64,000 bases of DNA, from positions 17,405 to 81,404 of the forward strand of contig JACRAE010000005.1 of assembly GCA_016213525.1 (NCBI GenBank), written 5' to 3'. The DNA is from Candidatus Aenigmatarchaeota archaeon (GTDB taxonomy: Archaea > Aenigmatarchaeota > Aenigmatarchaeia > CG10238-14 > SCSR01). The notes under the pieces are model-generated. The model saw only the letters and a program-made list of their open reading frames with translations. It had not been told where the DNA came from and searched no databases. Below are positions 9,130 through 18,246 of this stretch, piece by piece. Both the position numbers and the translations under genes were made by a program. The first letter of the stretch is position 1. Each line of letters opens with the position of its first letter.

Positions 9130-11344
9130 CCGCCTTAGCCCGCGGCTTCGCCTTGGCATTCTTCTTTCCCCAGTCGGCCTTCGTCTCGCACTTCGGGTCG
9201 ACGCACATCCTGAACGGCCTCTTGCCCCTGCGCACGACCTGTATCATAGGCGTCCTGCACTTCTCGCACGCCTTGCCTAGAGGCACTATCTTGGCCATGC
9301 CCGGCAGCGGGTAGCCGGTCTGGCACGACGGGAGCCAGACCTTCTCCTTCCAGGCGCACTTGCACTTGCCCTTCACGCCGCCGCACATGCCGCACTTGCA
9401 CTTGCACGCGGTCCTCGTGAACTTGCACTTCTCGCAGCGGAAGTAGCTCGAGCACCCGACGAAGAACTTGCCGCTGAACCTCGACCTCAGTATCTTGAGC
9501 TCGCCGGTCTTGCAGACTATGCACGAGCCGAGCCTCCTCGCGTCCTCCCTCGACTCGACGAGGGCTCCGAGCAGCTTCTTGCCTATCTCCTTCTCGTGCT
9601 TCCTGAAGTCCTCGAGCACGTCAGTCAACGCCTCCTTAGCGTCCTCGACGACCTTCTCCCTGCTCATCTTGCCCTCCATAACGGCGTCCGTCTCGTCTTC
9701 GAACTTCTTGGTGAGCTCCTCGCTCAGTATCCTAGGGGCGTAGTCCTTCAGCGCCCCGATGACGCTCTCGCCGAGCTTCGTTACCTTGATGCTCTGGCCG
9801 AGGATGTAGTTCCTGTCATAAAGGGTCTTCAATATCTCTGCCCTCGTCGCCTTCGTGCCGAGGTTCCTGCTCTCCATCTCCTTCAGTATCGAGCCCTGGC
9901 TGAACCTCCCCGGCGGCTGCGTCTCCTTCTTCGCAGACTCGAGCTTGGTGACCTTCAGCCTGTCGCCGGCCGCCATCTCAGGCAGCAAGAGCTCCTCGGT
10001 AGACATGTAGGGCGAGTAGAACTCCGTCCATCCGGGCTCTATCGTCCTCTTGCCGACGACTGAGAACATGTTTCCCCCGACGTCGAGGGACACGGTGTTG
10101 CTCTCCCTCGTGGCCGCGTCGGCGAACACGGACAGGAACCTCCTGACTATGAGGTCGTACACCTTCCTCTGCTGCGAGGTCAGGAACTTCACGTCCGGGG
10201 TCTCGAAAGTGGGATAGACGGCGGGGTGCGCCGGGTCGTCCTTCTTGCCCTCGTTTGGCACGAGCTTGTCCTTGACCAAGAGGTCCTTCGCGAAGGACTG
10301 GTATACCTTGATCTTGGCGAGCGCGCTGATTATCTTGACGTAGTTTATGTTCGCCGGCAGCTTCTGCGACGATGACCTGGGATAGGATATGTAACCCTTC
10401 TGGTAGAGGCTCTCAGCGATGGAGAGAGTCTGCGTCGGGGAATATTTGAACTGGGCGTAGCACTCGGACTGGAGGTCCGTCGTGTTGAACGGGACGGGCG
10501 GAGACTGCTTGTACTCCCTCTTCTTCACGTCCTTGACTACGGCGTCCTTGCCCTTCGAGCCCTTCAGCACAGAGTCCGCCTCGGACTCCTTCCACAGCTT
10601 GTCCTCCTCGTACGATGCCGGGATATCCTTGCCGCCGATTCTGACGAGCATCTGCAGCTCCCAGAAGGGCTTCGGCTTGAACTTCCTGATCTCCAGCTCC
10701 TTCTCGTAGAGCATCGATAGCGTTGGGCCCTGGACCCTGCCCGTCGACAAAATTGCGAATCCCTTCTCAGCTGAGTTCTTTATAGCGAGCGTCAGCGCCC
10801 GCGTCAGATTGATCCCCCAGAAGAAGTCGAGGTAGTGCCTAGTGAGGCCCGCCTCGGTCTGGCCCATGTCGAGATGCTTGCTCGCGTTCTCATAGGCATC
10901 GACTATCTCGTCCTTCGTCATCGTCGAGAACTTCATCCTCGCCGCGTCCCTCTTGCTGCTCATCATGCTGAGCACGTTGTAGCCGATGACCGCGCCCTCG
11001 GTGTCGTAGTCCGTCGCCACGATGAAGCTGCTGCCCTTCTTCATCACCTCCTCCATGTTCTCAAAATATTTCTTGGAGAACTCGTGGCCCTTCTTAGAAT
11101 GGGACGGGACCCACTGGACGTTGAATATCGGGTACTTCCATCCGGTGCCGTCCTTTATCGTGTCCAGGCCGAACAGGTGGCCGACGGCGCACCCCACAAT
11201 TATGTTCCTGTCCCCCCTCTTCAGCTCGTACCAGAAGGCGTCCCTCTTCTCGACCTTCCTCGCCTTGCCTTCTGAGAGGGCCTGAGCGATCTTAGTCATC
11301 GCGTCCGGCTTCTCGGTTATGATTACGGTGGTGCCCGCAGGCAT
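9107..11344 (-). CDS. topA: DNA topoisomerase, type IA (archaeal TopA/Topo III-like) with C-terminal zinc ribbons
   Basis: 745 aa. Toprim start VIITEKPDA, then GYISYPRSSSQ (catalytic Tyr context) and multiple CxxC..CxxC C-terminal fingers. Confidence 0.9.
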   Translation of the reverse strand: MPAGTTVIITEKPDAMTKIAQALSEGKARKVEKRDAFWYELKRGDRNIIVGCAVGHLFGLDTIKDGTGWKYPIFNVQWVPSHSKKGHEFSKKYFENMEEVMKKGSSFIVATDYDTEGAVIGYNVLSMMSSKRDAARMKFSTMTKDEIVDAYENASKHLDMGQTEAGLTRHYLDFFWGINLTRALTLAIKNSAEKGFAILSTGRVQGPTLSMLYEKELEIRKFKPKPFWELQMLVRIGGKDIPASYEEDKLWKESEADSVLKGSKGKDAVVKDVKKREYKQSPPVPFNTTDLQSECYAQFKYSPTQTLSIAESLYQKGYISYPRSSSQKLPANINYVKIISALAKIKVYQSFAKDLLVKDKLVPNEGKKDDPAHPAVYPTFETPDVKFLTSQQRKVYDLIVRRFLSVFADAATRESNTVSLDVGGNMFSVVGKRTIEPGWTEFYSPYMSTEELLLPEMAAGDRLKVTKLESAKKETQPPGRFSQGSILKEMESRNLGTKATRAEILKTLYDRNYILGQSIKVTKLGESVIGALKDYAPRILSEELTKKFEDETDAVMEGKMSREKVVEDAKEALTDVLEDFRKHEKEIGKKLLGALVESREDARRLGSCIVCKTGELKILRSRFSGKFFVGCSSYFRCEKCKFTRTACKCKCGMCGGVKGKCKCAWKEKVWLPSCQTGYPLPGMAKIVPLGKACEKCRTPMIQVVRRGKRPFRMCVDPKCETKADWGKKNAKAKPRAKAAKKASSA

Positions 11345-11385
11345 TCAATAATATTGGCTGGTTGTATTTAAAAGCCCCGTCGGAG

Positions 11386-12726
11386 TCACTCGATGATGAC
11401 CGGGCGCGACCTTCCCGACTGGAACATCCTCTCGATGTTGCCGAGCCTCGTCTCCATGCCGACTATCCTCGACAGCATGTCGGAGATCTCTATGTTTATC
11501 ACGTTGAGCGGCTCGTGGGCCTCCTTGACGGCCTGCCTCAGGTCCTGCTTCATCCTGTCGACGGCGGCCTCCATGTCCCTGAACTGGGTGCCGCTCAGCT
11601 TCGACTCAAGCTGCGACATCCTGTCCCTCAGCGCGCTGGTCTCGTCCTTCGTCGCCCTGTCCAAAACGGATATCTTGTTCTCGTCCATCCTCTTCATTAT
11701 CTCGTCCCTCATCCTGTCGAACTCCTGCCTCAGCTGCGGGAAGACGCGCTCGAACTCCCTTATCTTGTCGAGCCTCTGGTCCAGGTTCTCGTAGAACCCC
11801 TCCACCCTGCTCGAGACGCGCTTGACCTCGTTCTCGATGAACTTGAACTCCTCCATCCTGGCCTGCAGGTCCTTGGCGAGGCCGGACGCCTTGTCGAACG
11901 TGTCGAACCTCTGCATGAGAGACCTGACCTTCTGCATGTCGTCCGAGAGGCTCTTGGACACGCCCTCTATGGCGTCCATCCTCGAGTTGACAACTGAGAA
12001 GTTCCTGTTTAGAGCCTCGAAGTCCCTCTTCATCTCCTGGGACATCTGCTCCGGAGACCTGGTCTGCATGAAGGACATGGTCTTGTCGAGCTTCTCGATC
12101 TTCATGTCCACCTCCACCTTCCTCTTGATGAGCTCCTCGAGGACGGTCTTGACGTTCTCTATCCTGGCGGACAGCAGCTGCGTGTCCTGAGGCATGGACG
12201 GGGACCCGGCCTGCATCGCGCCCTGCTTCATGGATGCTATCTCGTGGGACAGGTCGTCGAGTCCCCTCTTGACCTCGTCCAGGGACGACATCTTTCTCTC
12301 GAGCTCGTCGATAAGCGCAATCTTTTCCGGCGCCATCTGGGACTCGGGCTTCTGCGGGCCCATCCCGTTCCTTATGTCCTCCATGAGGTCCTTGAGCTCC
12401 TCTATCCCGGCGGTCTCTACCATGACCAGGTCCTCCAGGTCCTCGACCCTCTGCTTGATGTCTGGCAGCTGCGCTATGTCAGAAATTGACTCCTGGCTCA
12501 TGCCGGAGAACTTCGACATCGTGTCCTTGAACTCCGCCAGGCCGATCTCCAGGTCTACTATCTTCTTCTCGGTATGCGACAACGACAACTTCACCTTGTT
12601 CTCTATGTCCGAGGCGCTCGGATGGTGCTGCGGTTCCGCCCTCCTCTCCTCTTTCGGCCTTGGCACGTCTTCGCTTGACATAACGTGGGACTCTTGTTCA
12701 GAAGCCGAGCCGTCTTCTTCGGGCAT
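11386..12726 (-). CDS. Long coiled-coil protein, function unknown
   Basis: 446 aa, Met/Glu/Asp/Arg/Lys-rich heptad-like sequence throughout, with an acidic/basic disordered N-terminus. Confidence 0.65.
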   Translation of the reverse strand: MPEEDGSASEQESHVMSSEDVPRPKEERRAEPQHHPSASDIENKVKLSLSHTEKKIVDLEIGLAEFKDTMSKFSGMSQESISDIAQLPDIKQRVEDLEDLVMVETAGIEELKDLMEDIRNGMGPQKPESQMAPEKIALIDELERKMSSLDEVKRGLDDLSHEIASMKQGAMQAGSPSMPQDTQLLSARIENVKTVLEELIKRKVEVDMKIEKLDKTMSFMQTRSPEQMSQEMKRDFEALNRNFSVVNSRMDAIEGVSKSLSDDMQKVRSLMQRFDTFDKASGLAKDLQARMEEFKFIENEVKRVSSRVEGFYENLDQRLDKIREFERVFPQLRQEFDRMRDEIMKRMDENKISVLDRATKDETSALRDRMSQLESKLSGTQFRDMEAAVDRMKQDLRQAVKEAHEPLNVINIEISDMLSRIVGMETRLGNIERMFQSGRSRPVIIE

Positions 12727-12751
12727 GATATAAGTTCGTTTTTCAGGGGTA

Positions 12752-13270
12752 TTATCTTTTATCCTTCAGGTAAAGGTAGTACCACACGCACACTACCAGA
12801 GCCACCATCATGGCTGACCAGAGGAGGCCGTGGACCAGGTCGAAGCCCGGCAGGCCGTAGTTGACGTACACGAGCGAGGTCGTCACCAACCTCAGCAGGT
12901 TGAAGAAGGCTATGGCAGGCAGGGCGAACGCGAGGAAGGCGAGCTTCTGGCGCAGGCTCCCGACGCCGGACGCGAAGACGAGCGCGAACATGGCGTATAG
13001 GGACTTCCAGCCCGTCGAGTCCCATGAGAGGTCTATCTGGTACAGGGAATTGCCGCTCTTCACGCCTATGTTGTGGCCGTCCAGCGACGTCTCGTATCCG
13101 AGCGAGCCCAGCGACTGCGAGAGCCCGGCGGCCCAGACGTCCCGGAACTCCGTGGACTCCAGACCGAAATAGACCGCGAGATACAGCGGAAGCGCCAGCA
13201 AGTTCAGCTTCAGGACGAACCAGAGGGCGCGCCTCAGAATAGGTATTTTATCCTCGAACAATGTGACCAC
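12752..13270 (-). CDS. Exosortase/archaeosortase-family-like 4-TM membrane protein (variant active site)
   Basis: 172 aa. IDLSWDSTGWKSLYAMFAL compared with the family xxCSGxxS block, FFNLLRLV (conserved Arg block) and FDLVHGLLW (conserved His block). Confidence 0.5.
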   Translation of the reverse strand: MVTLFEDKIPILRRALWFVLKLNLLALPLYLAVYFGLESTEFRDVWAAGLSQSLGSLGYETSLDGHNIGVKSGNSLYQIDLSWDSTGWKSLYAMFALVFASGVGSLRQKLAFLAFALPAIAFFNLLRLVTTSLVYVNYGLPGFDLVHGLLWSAMMVALVVCVWYYLYLKDKR

Positions 13271-13301
13271 TTTTATTTTCTTTGTTTTACCGTCGGATAT
13301 C

Positions 13302-14843
13302 TCAGTCGGATGCCCAGTCCATGAGGTTCCTCTTCTTGTTGACGATTCCCGTCTCTTTCATGTCCCTCAGGACTTTCTTCATCTTCCTTTCCTTGTTCAT
13401 CGAGGAGAAGAAGTACGCCTCGTCCCTCGTGCCCCGCGTTATCAGGAATATCGCCTTGCCGGCCGAGTGCCTGCCTATCCTCCCCCTCCTCTGTATGGCC
13501 CTTATCTCGCTCGGCACGGCCTCGTGGAATATCGCATAGTCGACGGACGGCACGTCTATCCCCTCCTCGCTCACCGAGGTGCCGCACAGGACGTTGAACT
13601 TGCCGTCCCTGAACCTCTTCAACACGTCTATCTGCTCGTCCTGCGACATGCCGCTGCCGTTCTTCATCGACTGCCCGACCAGCGTCTCCGTCGGTATCCC
13701 GTCCTTCTCCAGGAACTTCTTGATCTTGTCGACGGTCGACCTGAAGTTCGCGAAAATTATTATCTTCGTCTCTGGGTCCTTGTCGACGAAGTCCCTCACC
13801 ATCTCCCTTATCTTGTCCGTCTTCGGATGGTCTATGTCCCTGTCGTTCAGACCCTCAATCAGACCGATTGCGTCAATAATCTTCCCGTGCTTCAACAGCC
13901 TCTGGTCGGTCCTCTTCTTGCTGCCCTTCATCTTCTCGAAGTACTCGTGCAGGAATGGTATTCCCTGCGTCTCGATGAGCTCAATCGCATGGCTGAGCTT
14001 GATGGCCTCGGCCGACCTGATGAGGGGCCAGATGAGCATGTAGTTCTTAGTGGCGGAGTACCTCGCGGCGGTCCTGTTCTGAAGGCCCAGCAGCATGGTC
14101 CTGCTCGGTATCGTGGTCGGAACGTAGTGGTGGGACTTGAGCCACTCCATGTCCTCCTTCAGCACGTCCTGCAGGAGGCCCCTTATCCTCTTGAAGTCCT
14201 CTGGGAAGTCGACGTAGACGTAGTCCCTGTCGACGGGCTTGACGTACTCCTCGACGTCGCCGTCCGACTCGCTCCTTATCTCGACGGCCTTGATGAACAG
14301 GTTCTTGCACACCTCCTTGATCTTCGATTCTGTCCAGCCGGGAGAGGCCGTGAGAGCCAGAACCAGGGGCTGCCTCGACTGCAGCATGAACTTCCTCGCT
14401 ATGTCGGAATACGCGTAGTCCTTCACGCCCCTGTGAGACTCGTCGAAGGTGACGAAAGAAAAATCGCGCATGTTCAGCCTCCCCTCTCTTAGGTCGTTCT
14501 CTATCGTCTGCGGCGTCGCGATTACGACGGTCGCGCCATCGTACATCTCTGCCCTCTCGTGCGGCGGGGTCTTGCCCGTCACCAAAACTATCTTGCCTTT
14601 CGGTATGCTCGTCAGGGACTCGAAGCTCTTCTTGTGCTGGGCGTTCAGAGGCCTCGTGGGGGCAGTGATGAGGACCTTCGTACCGGGGAACTTCTCCAGC
14701 CTCTCCACCGCGACCAGGACGGAGATCAGCGTCTTCCCCATACCGGTGGGCAGGACGACGAGAGTGCTCCTCTCAGACGCCGCCTTCGCTATGTTTTTCT
14801 GGTAGTCGCGCACCTCGACGTCGCCGGTCTTGAGAAGCGCCAT
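13302..14843 (-). CDS. hef: Hef/FANCM/MPH1-type SF2 helicase, helicase module only
   Basis: 513 aa. Motif I LPTGMGKT, motif II DESH, motif VI QRRGRIGR, and an insertion domain between the RecA lobes. No ERCC4 nuclease or HhH region. Confidence 0.85.
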   Translation of the reverse strand: MALLKTGDVEVRDYQKNIAKAASERSTLVVLPTGMGKTLISVLVAVERLEKFPGTKVLITAPTRPLNAQHKKSFESLTSIPKGKIVLVTGKTPPHERAEMYDGATVVIATPQTIENDLREGRLNMRDFSFVTFDESHRGVKDYAYSDIARKFMLQSRQPLVLALTASPGWTESKIKEVCKNLFIKAVEIRSESDGDVEEYVKPVDRDYVYVDFPEDFKRIRGLLQDVLKEDMEWLKSHHYVPTTIPSRTMLLGLQNRTAARYSATKNYMLIWPLIRSAEAIKLSHAIELIETQGIPFLHEYFEKMKGSKKRTDQRLLKHGKIIDAIGLIEGLNDRDIDHPKTDKIREMVRDFVDKDPETKIIIFANFRSTVDKIKKFLEKDGIPTETLVGQSMKNGSGMSQDEQIDVLKRFRDGKFNVLCGTSVSEEGIDVPSVDYAIFHEAVPSEIRAIQRRGRIGRHSAGKAIFLITRGTRDEAYFFSSMNKERKMKKVLRDMKETGIVNKKRNLMDWASD

Positions 14844-14899
14844 AACAATTAGACCCCGGCGCAGATATTAAGTCTTAACTATCCATAGATGTTTTTAGA

Positions 14900-15520
14900 A
14901 TGAGCCAGCGCTTAGCTGACCCAATTGCCGCTTCGGTCGAGAAGGACGTCCTGGAGCCGCTCAAGTCCTATTTCAAAGACCGACCTTTCTACTACGATCC
15001 GTTCAAGAGGAGGGATGACGTGGGGCGCTCGTTCGAGAGGTACGTGAGGGGCAATATTTCCAGGATGGTTTCGAAGGTGTCGGATTCGGACGGCTATTCC
15101 GTGTCCAGGCTGGTGCCCGACTTCTTTATATCGGACGACTACATGAACTACATGTCAGTGAAAAACGGCTCGGTCTTCGGCGCAATCGGTAACAGGGTGG
15201 TCGAGATAATGGGCGAGGGCAACTTCATAATCTACGACCGCAGCATGAGGAATTTGACCGAGATAGACGACTTCCTGAGGTACAAGAAAAACGACATGGA
15301 AGCGGACGGCGTGCCGATAATTTTTGAGGCTACGGTTTCAAAGAACCACAGCGGCGTGTCGGCCAGCAGGAAATCAGGCCTGATATCGAACATGATGGGA
15401 GCCGAGGCCATGTACGTCGGGATAGAGATGGGGAACACTCCGCATACTAGAATATTGAGCCACGGGCGGCGGGAGAAGAAAATGGTAGTCGGGTCCGTGC
15501 CGCAGGACTGGGCGCGATGA
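14900..15520 (+). CDS. Hypothetical protein, paralogue of 15568-16119 (possible PD-(D/E)xK-like fold)
   Basis: 206 aa. Shared blocks EKDVLEPLKSYF/DREVFIPLESFL, GRSFERYV/GHRFQRLL, TEIDDFLRY..VPIIFEATVSK/AEIDLLAEY..VPMIFEFTLSS. Confidence 0.6.
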   Translation: MSQRLADPIAASVEKDVLEPLKSYFKDRPFYYDPFKRRDDVGRSFERYVRGNISRMVSKVSDSDGYSVSRLVPDFFISDDYMNYMSVKNGSVFGAIGNRVVEIMGEGNFIIYDRSMRNLTEIDDFLRYKKNDMEADGVPIIFEATVSKNHSGVSASRKSGLISNMMGAEAMYVGIEMGNTPHTRILSHGRREKKMVVGSVPQDWAR

Positions 15521-15567
15521 GTGGAAATTCGAAAGCGATATATCTCTTCGCTGGTGTTTAATTTTCG

Positions 15568-16119
15568 ATGAGTCTGTTAGTTGAGGAGACTATCGCGGAC
15601 GAGTTGGACAGGGAGGTCTTCATACCGCTGGAGAGCTTCCTCCACGACGAGGTCCTCAACGAAAGAGACGCAAAATATTTTTCAAAGGGACATAGGTTCC
15701 AGAGGCTGCTTAGCAGGCTGGTGAGGGACATCATCGGGGAAAAGCCCTCGGTCGACATCGCGGTGGCGGAGTACGCCCTCGGGGCGTGGCCGTCCGACTA
15801 CCGGTTCGTGAGGCGCAAGATGGGTCCCACGGTCTTCTATCAGGACAGGACGACGGTCGCAGAGATAGACCTGTTGGCGGAGTACAGGTCGAGGCGCGCC
15901 GTCGTGCCTATGATATTCGAGTTCACGCTCTCGAGCGAGAGCATGGAAAAGCAGGCGAAGCTGGACGTGGTGAGGAGGTTCTACAACAACAGCGAGCCCT
16001 ACTTCTGCAAGATAAGGCCGAAGTGCGGCGACGAGGCGCCGGGGCTCTACAGGTACGATGAAAATCCGCTGTACAGGAAGATAGTGCTCCCGGTGCAATC
16101 CACGGCGAAGAGGGACTAG
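15568..16119 (+). CDS. Hypothetical protein, paralogue of 14900-15520
   Basis: 183 aa. See the alignment blocks above. Confidence 0.6.
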   Translation: MSLLVEETIADELDREVFIPLESFLHDEVLNERDAKYFSKGHRFQRLLSRLVRDIIGEKPSVDIAVAEYALGAWPSDYRFVRRKMGPTVFYQDRTTVAEIDLLAEYRSRRAVVPMIFEFTLSSESMEKQAKLDVVRRFYNNSEPYFCKIRPKCGDEAPGLYRYDENPLYRKIVLPVQSTAKRD

Positions 16120-16170
16120 GGGTCCGCAAGTGCGCGTCTGGTTTTAACCTCAGGAGTCCCATAAGGTCTA

Positions 16171-16857
16171 ATGAGGCTTGCAGCATTATTTTCAGGCGGG
16201 AAGGACTCGACCTTCGCCATAATGGAGGCCATAAAGTCCGGCCACGAGGTGACGCACCTCATCACCATGGCACCGGAGAAGGACGACTCCTACATGTTCC
16301 ACTACCCGTGCATAGACCTGACGCGGATGCAGGCCGAAGTCATGGGGATAAGGCAGGTATGGAAGGAGACCGCCGGAAACAAGGAGTCGGAGCTGGTCGA
16401 CCTGAGGGAGGCGATATCTTCCCTGAAGGGTCAGATAGACGGCGTCCTTTCCGGGGCGGTGTCCAGCGAGTACCAGAAGTCCAGGATAGACGGCATGTGC
16501 AGACAGCTTGAGATTCAGAGCGTCGCGCCACTATGGGGCAGGGACGCCTACGACCTCATGAAGGAGGAGGCCGGCGCCATGGACATAATGATTACCGCCG
16601 TGTCGACGAATGGCCTTGACAAAAACTGGCTGGGCAGGAAGATCAGCACGCCCGTCGTGGAGGAGCTCAGGATGCTGGCCCAAAAGTCGCACTTCAACAT
16701 ACAGTTCGAGGGTGGGGAGGCCGAGACGTTCGTCACGAACAGCCCCCTGTTTTCTAAAAAGATAGTGGTCGGGGACTACGAGAAGGTCTGGGACTCCAGG
16801 ACGTCGAGCGGCTACATACGGGCGAAGAACGTCAAGCTCGCCCCGAAGAAGATTTAA
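16171..16857 (+). CDS. PP-loop ATP pyrophosphatase, MJ0570/DPH6 (diphthine-ammonia ligase) family
   Basis: N-terminal LFSGGKDS PP-loop. 228 aa with the typical family length and layout. Confidence 0.8.
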   Translation: MRLAALFSGGKDSTFAIMEAIKSGHEVTHLITMAPEKDDSYMFHYPCIDLTRMQAEVMGIRQVWKETAGNKESELVDLREAISSLKGQIDGVLSGAVSSEYQKSRIDGMCRQLEIQSVAPLWGRDAYDLMKEEAGAMDIMITAVSTNGLDKNWLGRKISTPVVEELRMLAQKSHFNIQFEGGEAETFVTNSPLFSKKIVVGDYEKVWDSRTSSGYIRAKNVKLAPKKI

Positions 16858-16888
16858 CTGGGCGCCTGCTAATTTTTGAATACGGGAT

Positions 16889-16972
16889 GCCGAGGTCGCA
16901 TAACCCGGTATTGCACCGGTCTCGAAAACCGGCGGGCGCAAGCCCTTGGGGGTTCAAATCCCCTCCTCGGCG
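16889..16972 (+). tRNA. tRNA-Ser (anticodon CGA)
   Basis: Hand-folded. Acceptor GCCGAGG/CCTCGGC, anticodon arm CCGGT-CTCGAAA-ACCGG, long variable arm GGGC-GCAA-GCCC, T arm GGGGG-TTCAAAT-CCCCT, discriminator G. Confidence 0.9.
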
Positions 16973-17041
16973 CTACCTTGAGTTCAATTTTCGGGCTTCT
17001 GGGGTAGCGAACCTAGAAAAGAATCCTTCCGTGACTGACGT

Positions 17042-17449
17042 TTAGAAGAGACCGAGGGCCGGCAGCGTTATAGGCAGGGCGGCCATCATTATCAGGCCGA
17101 CCCCCATCCTTGCCATGCGCGGGACGTCCTCTATGAAGTCCTGTGTTATGTGGAGCTGGCGGTAGCGGAATATGGACCACGCGCCGTCGATAAAGATCAA
17201 GAACCCGGCCACCAGGGGGTTGAGGACGCCCGCGAACCACGTCACGCCTATGCCCAGGCGGGCCCACCTCAGGGCGTGCTCCTCCTGGTTCTGTTTTTGG
17301 TACAGCTTGATGGACAACAATGCGTCCCCCACGAGCCACACCAATGGGAACGACTTCGTCAAAACTGCAAGCGTCGCTAGGCCAAGCGTGGTCTTCTTTC
17401 CAAAGAGGAGCTTTACCCTCTTGTCCAGCCCTTTGATTTTGAACTTCAT
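17042..17449 (-). CDS. Hypothetical membrane protein (135 aa)
   Basis: Several hydrophobic spans. No motif recognised. Confidence 0.5.
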   Translation of the reverse strand: MKFKIKGLDKRVKLLFGKKTTLGLATLAVLTKSFPLVWLVGDALLSIKLYQKQNQEEHALRWARLGIGVTWFAGVLNPLVAGFLIFIDGAWSIFRYRQLHITQDFIEDVPRMARMGVGLIMMAALPITLPALGLF

Positions 17450-17681
17450 TTTATCTCAAACCTAAGGTTTTCCGCTTCCCTATCCTATAACTTCGAATCG
17501 GGGCATATTACCCCCTTTCGGCTACACGTAGGTATACTGACAAGCTTAAATATCTGCCTGAGGACAATATCTATCAACTCAGATTACGGATAGTACTGAA
17601 TAAAGGACTTTTCCTAATTTCCGAGTGGCCTGGCCTAAAACCAGGCTGAAAAAACACAAAAAACAAAGGAGGAAACAAAAT

Positions 17682-18134
17682 ATGAGATTCGAAGGTAACA
17701 GAGGAAGTAGCGGAAGCGGAGGCTTCGGCGGAAGGAGGTTCGGAGGCGGCGGCTTCGGAAGAGGCAACGACTCTAGGGACAGCAGATCCGACGAGCCTAA
17801 GCCGGTCAAGGTCGGCGAGGAGTACGACGTCGAAATATCAGAGACGGGCTCCCGCGGTGACGGCATAGCGAGGGTGAACAACTTCGTGGTGTTCGTGAAC
17901 GGCGCCAAGCAGGGCGAGAAGACCAAGATCAGGATAACTGACGTCAGGGACAGGTTCGCAATAGGCCAGAAGGCCGACGCTGCGAGCGCTGAACAGGCCG
18001 TCGAGGGCACGGACGACATGTCCGAGGCTTCCGACGTGACTGCGACTGAGGTCAAGTCCGCCGAAGGCGACGTGTCTGAGGAGGGCGACGAGCCCGCCGA
18101 CGACGCGGAATCCACTGATGAAGAGGACCAGTAA
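17682..18134 (+). CDS. TRAM-domain RNA-binding protein with an N-terminal RGG/GFG-rich region and an acidic tail
   Basis: AAGGAGG SD 7-8 nt upstream of the ATG at 17682. TRAM core VGEEYDVEISETGSRGDGIARVNNFVVFVNGAKQGEKTKIRITDV. Confidence 0.8.
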   Translation: MRFEGNRGSSGSGGFGGRRFGGGGFGRGNDSRDSRSDEPKPVKVGEEYDVEISETGSRGDGIARVNNFVVFVNGAKQGEKTKIRITDVRDRFAIGQKADAASAEQAVEGTDDMSEASDVTATEVKSAEGDVSEEGDEPADDAESTDEEDQ

Positions 18135-18154
18135 AACAGGTCCGCTTCACAGGA

Positions 18155-18185
18155 TTTTTTAATTTAATTTTCTTTCTTTCATTTT
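18155..18185 (+). terminator. Oligo-T tract cluster downstream of the TRAM gene
   Basis: attttttaatttaattttctttctttcatttt, consistent with archaeal oligo-T termination. Confidence 0.5.
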
Positions 18186-18246
18186 ACAGGCCGCCGGGGC
18201 CGGCTGAATCCTCAAAAATATCCCCTTGGAAAACTGAGTATAACCC

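Noticed and set aside
16889-17449. tRNA-Ser, and likewise the other tRNAs, as an integration site for a mobile element
   Set aside because: I saw no duplicated tRNA 3' half or attachment-site repeat in the window, and the neighbouring genes are ordinary.
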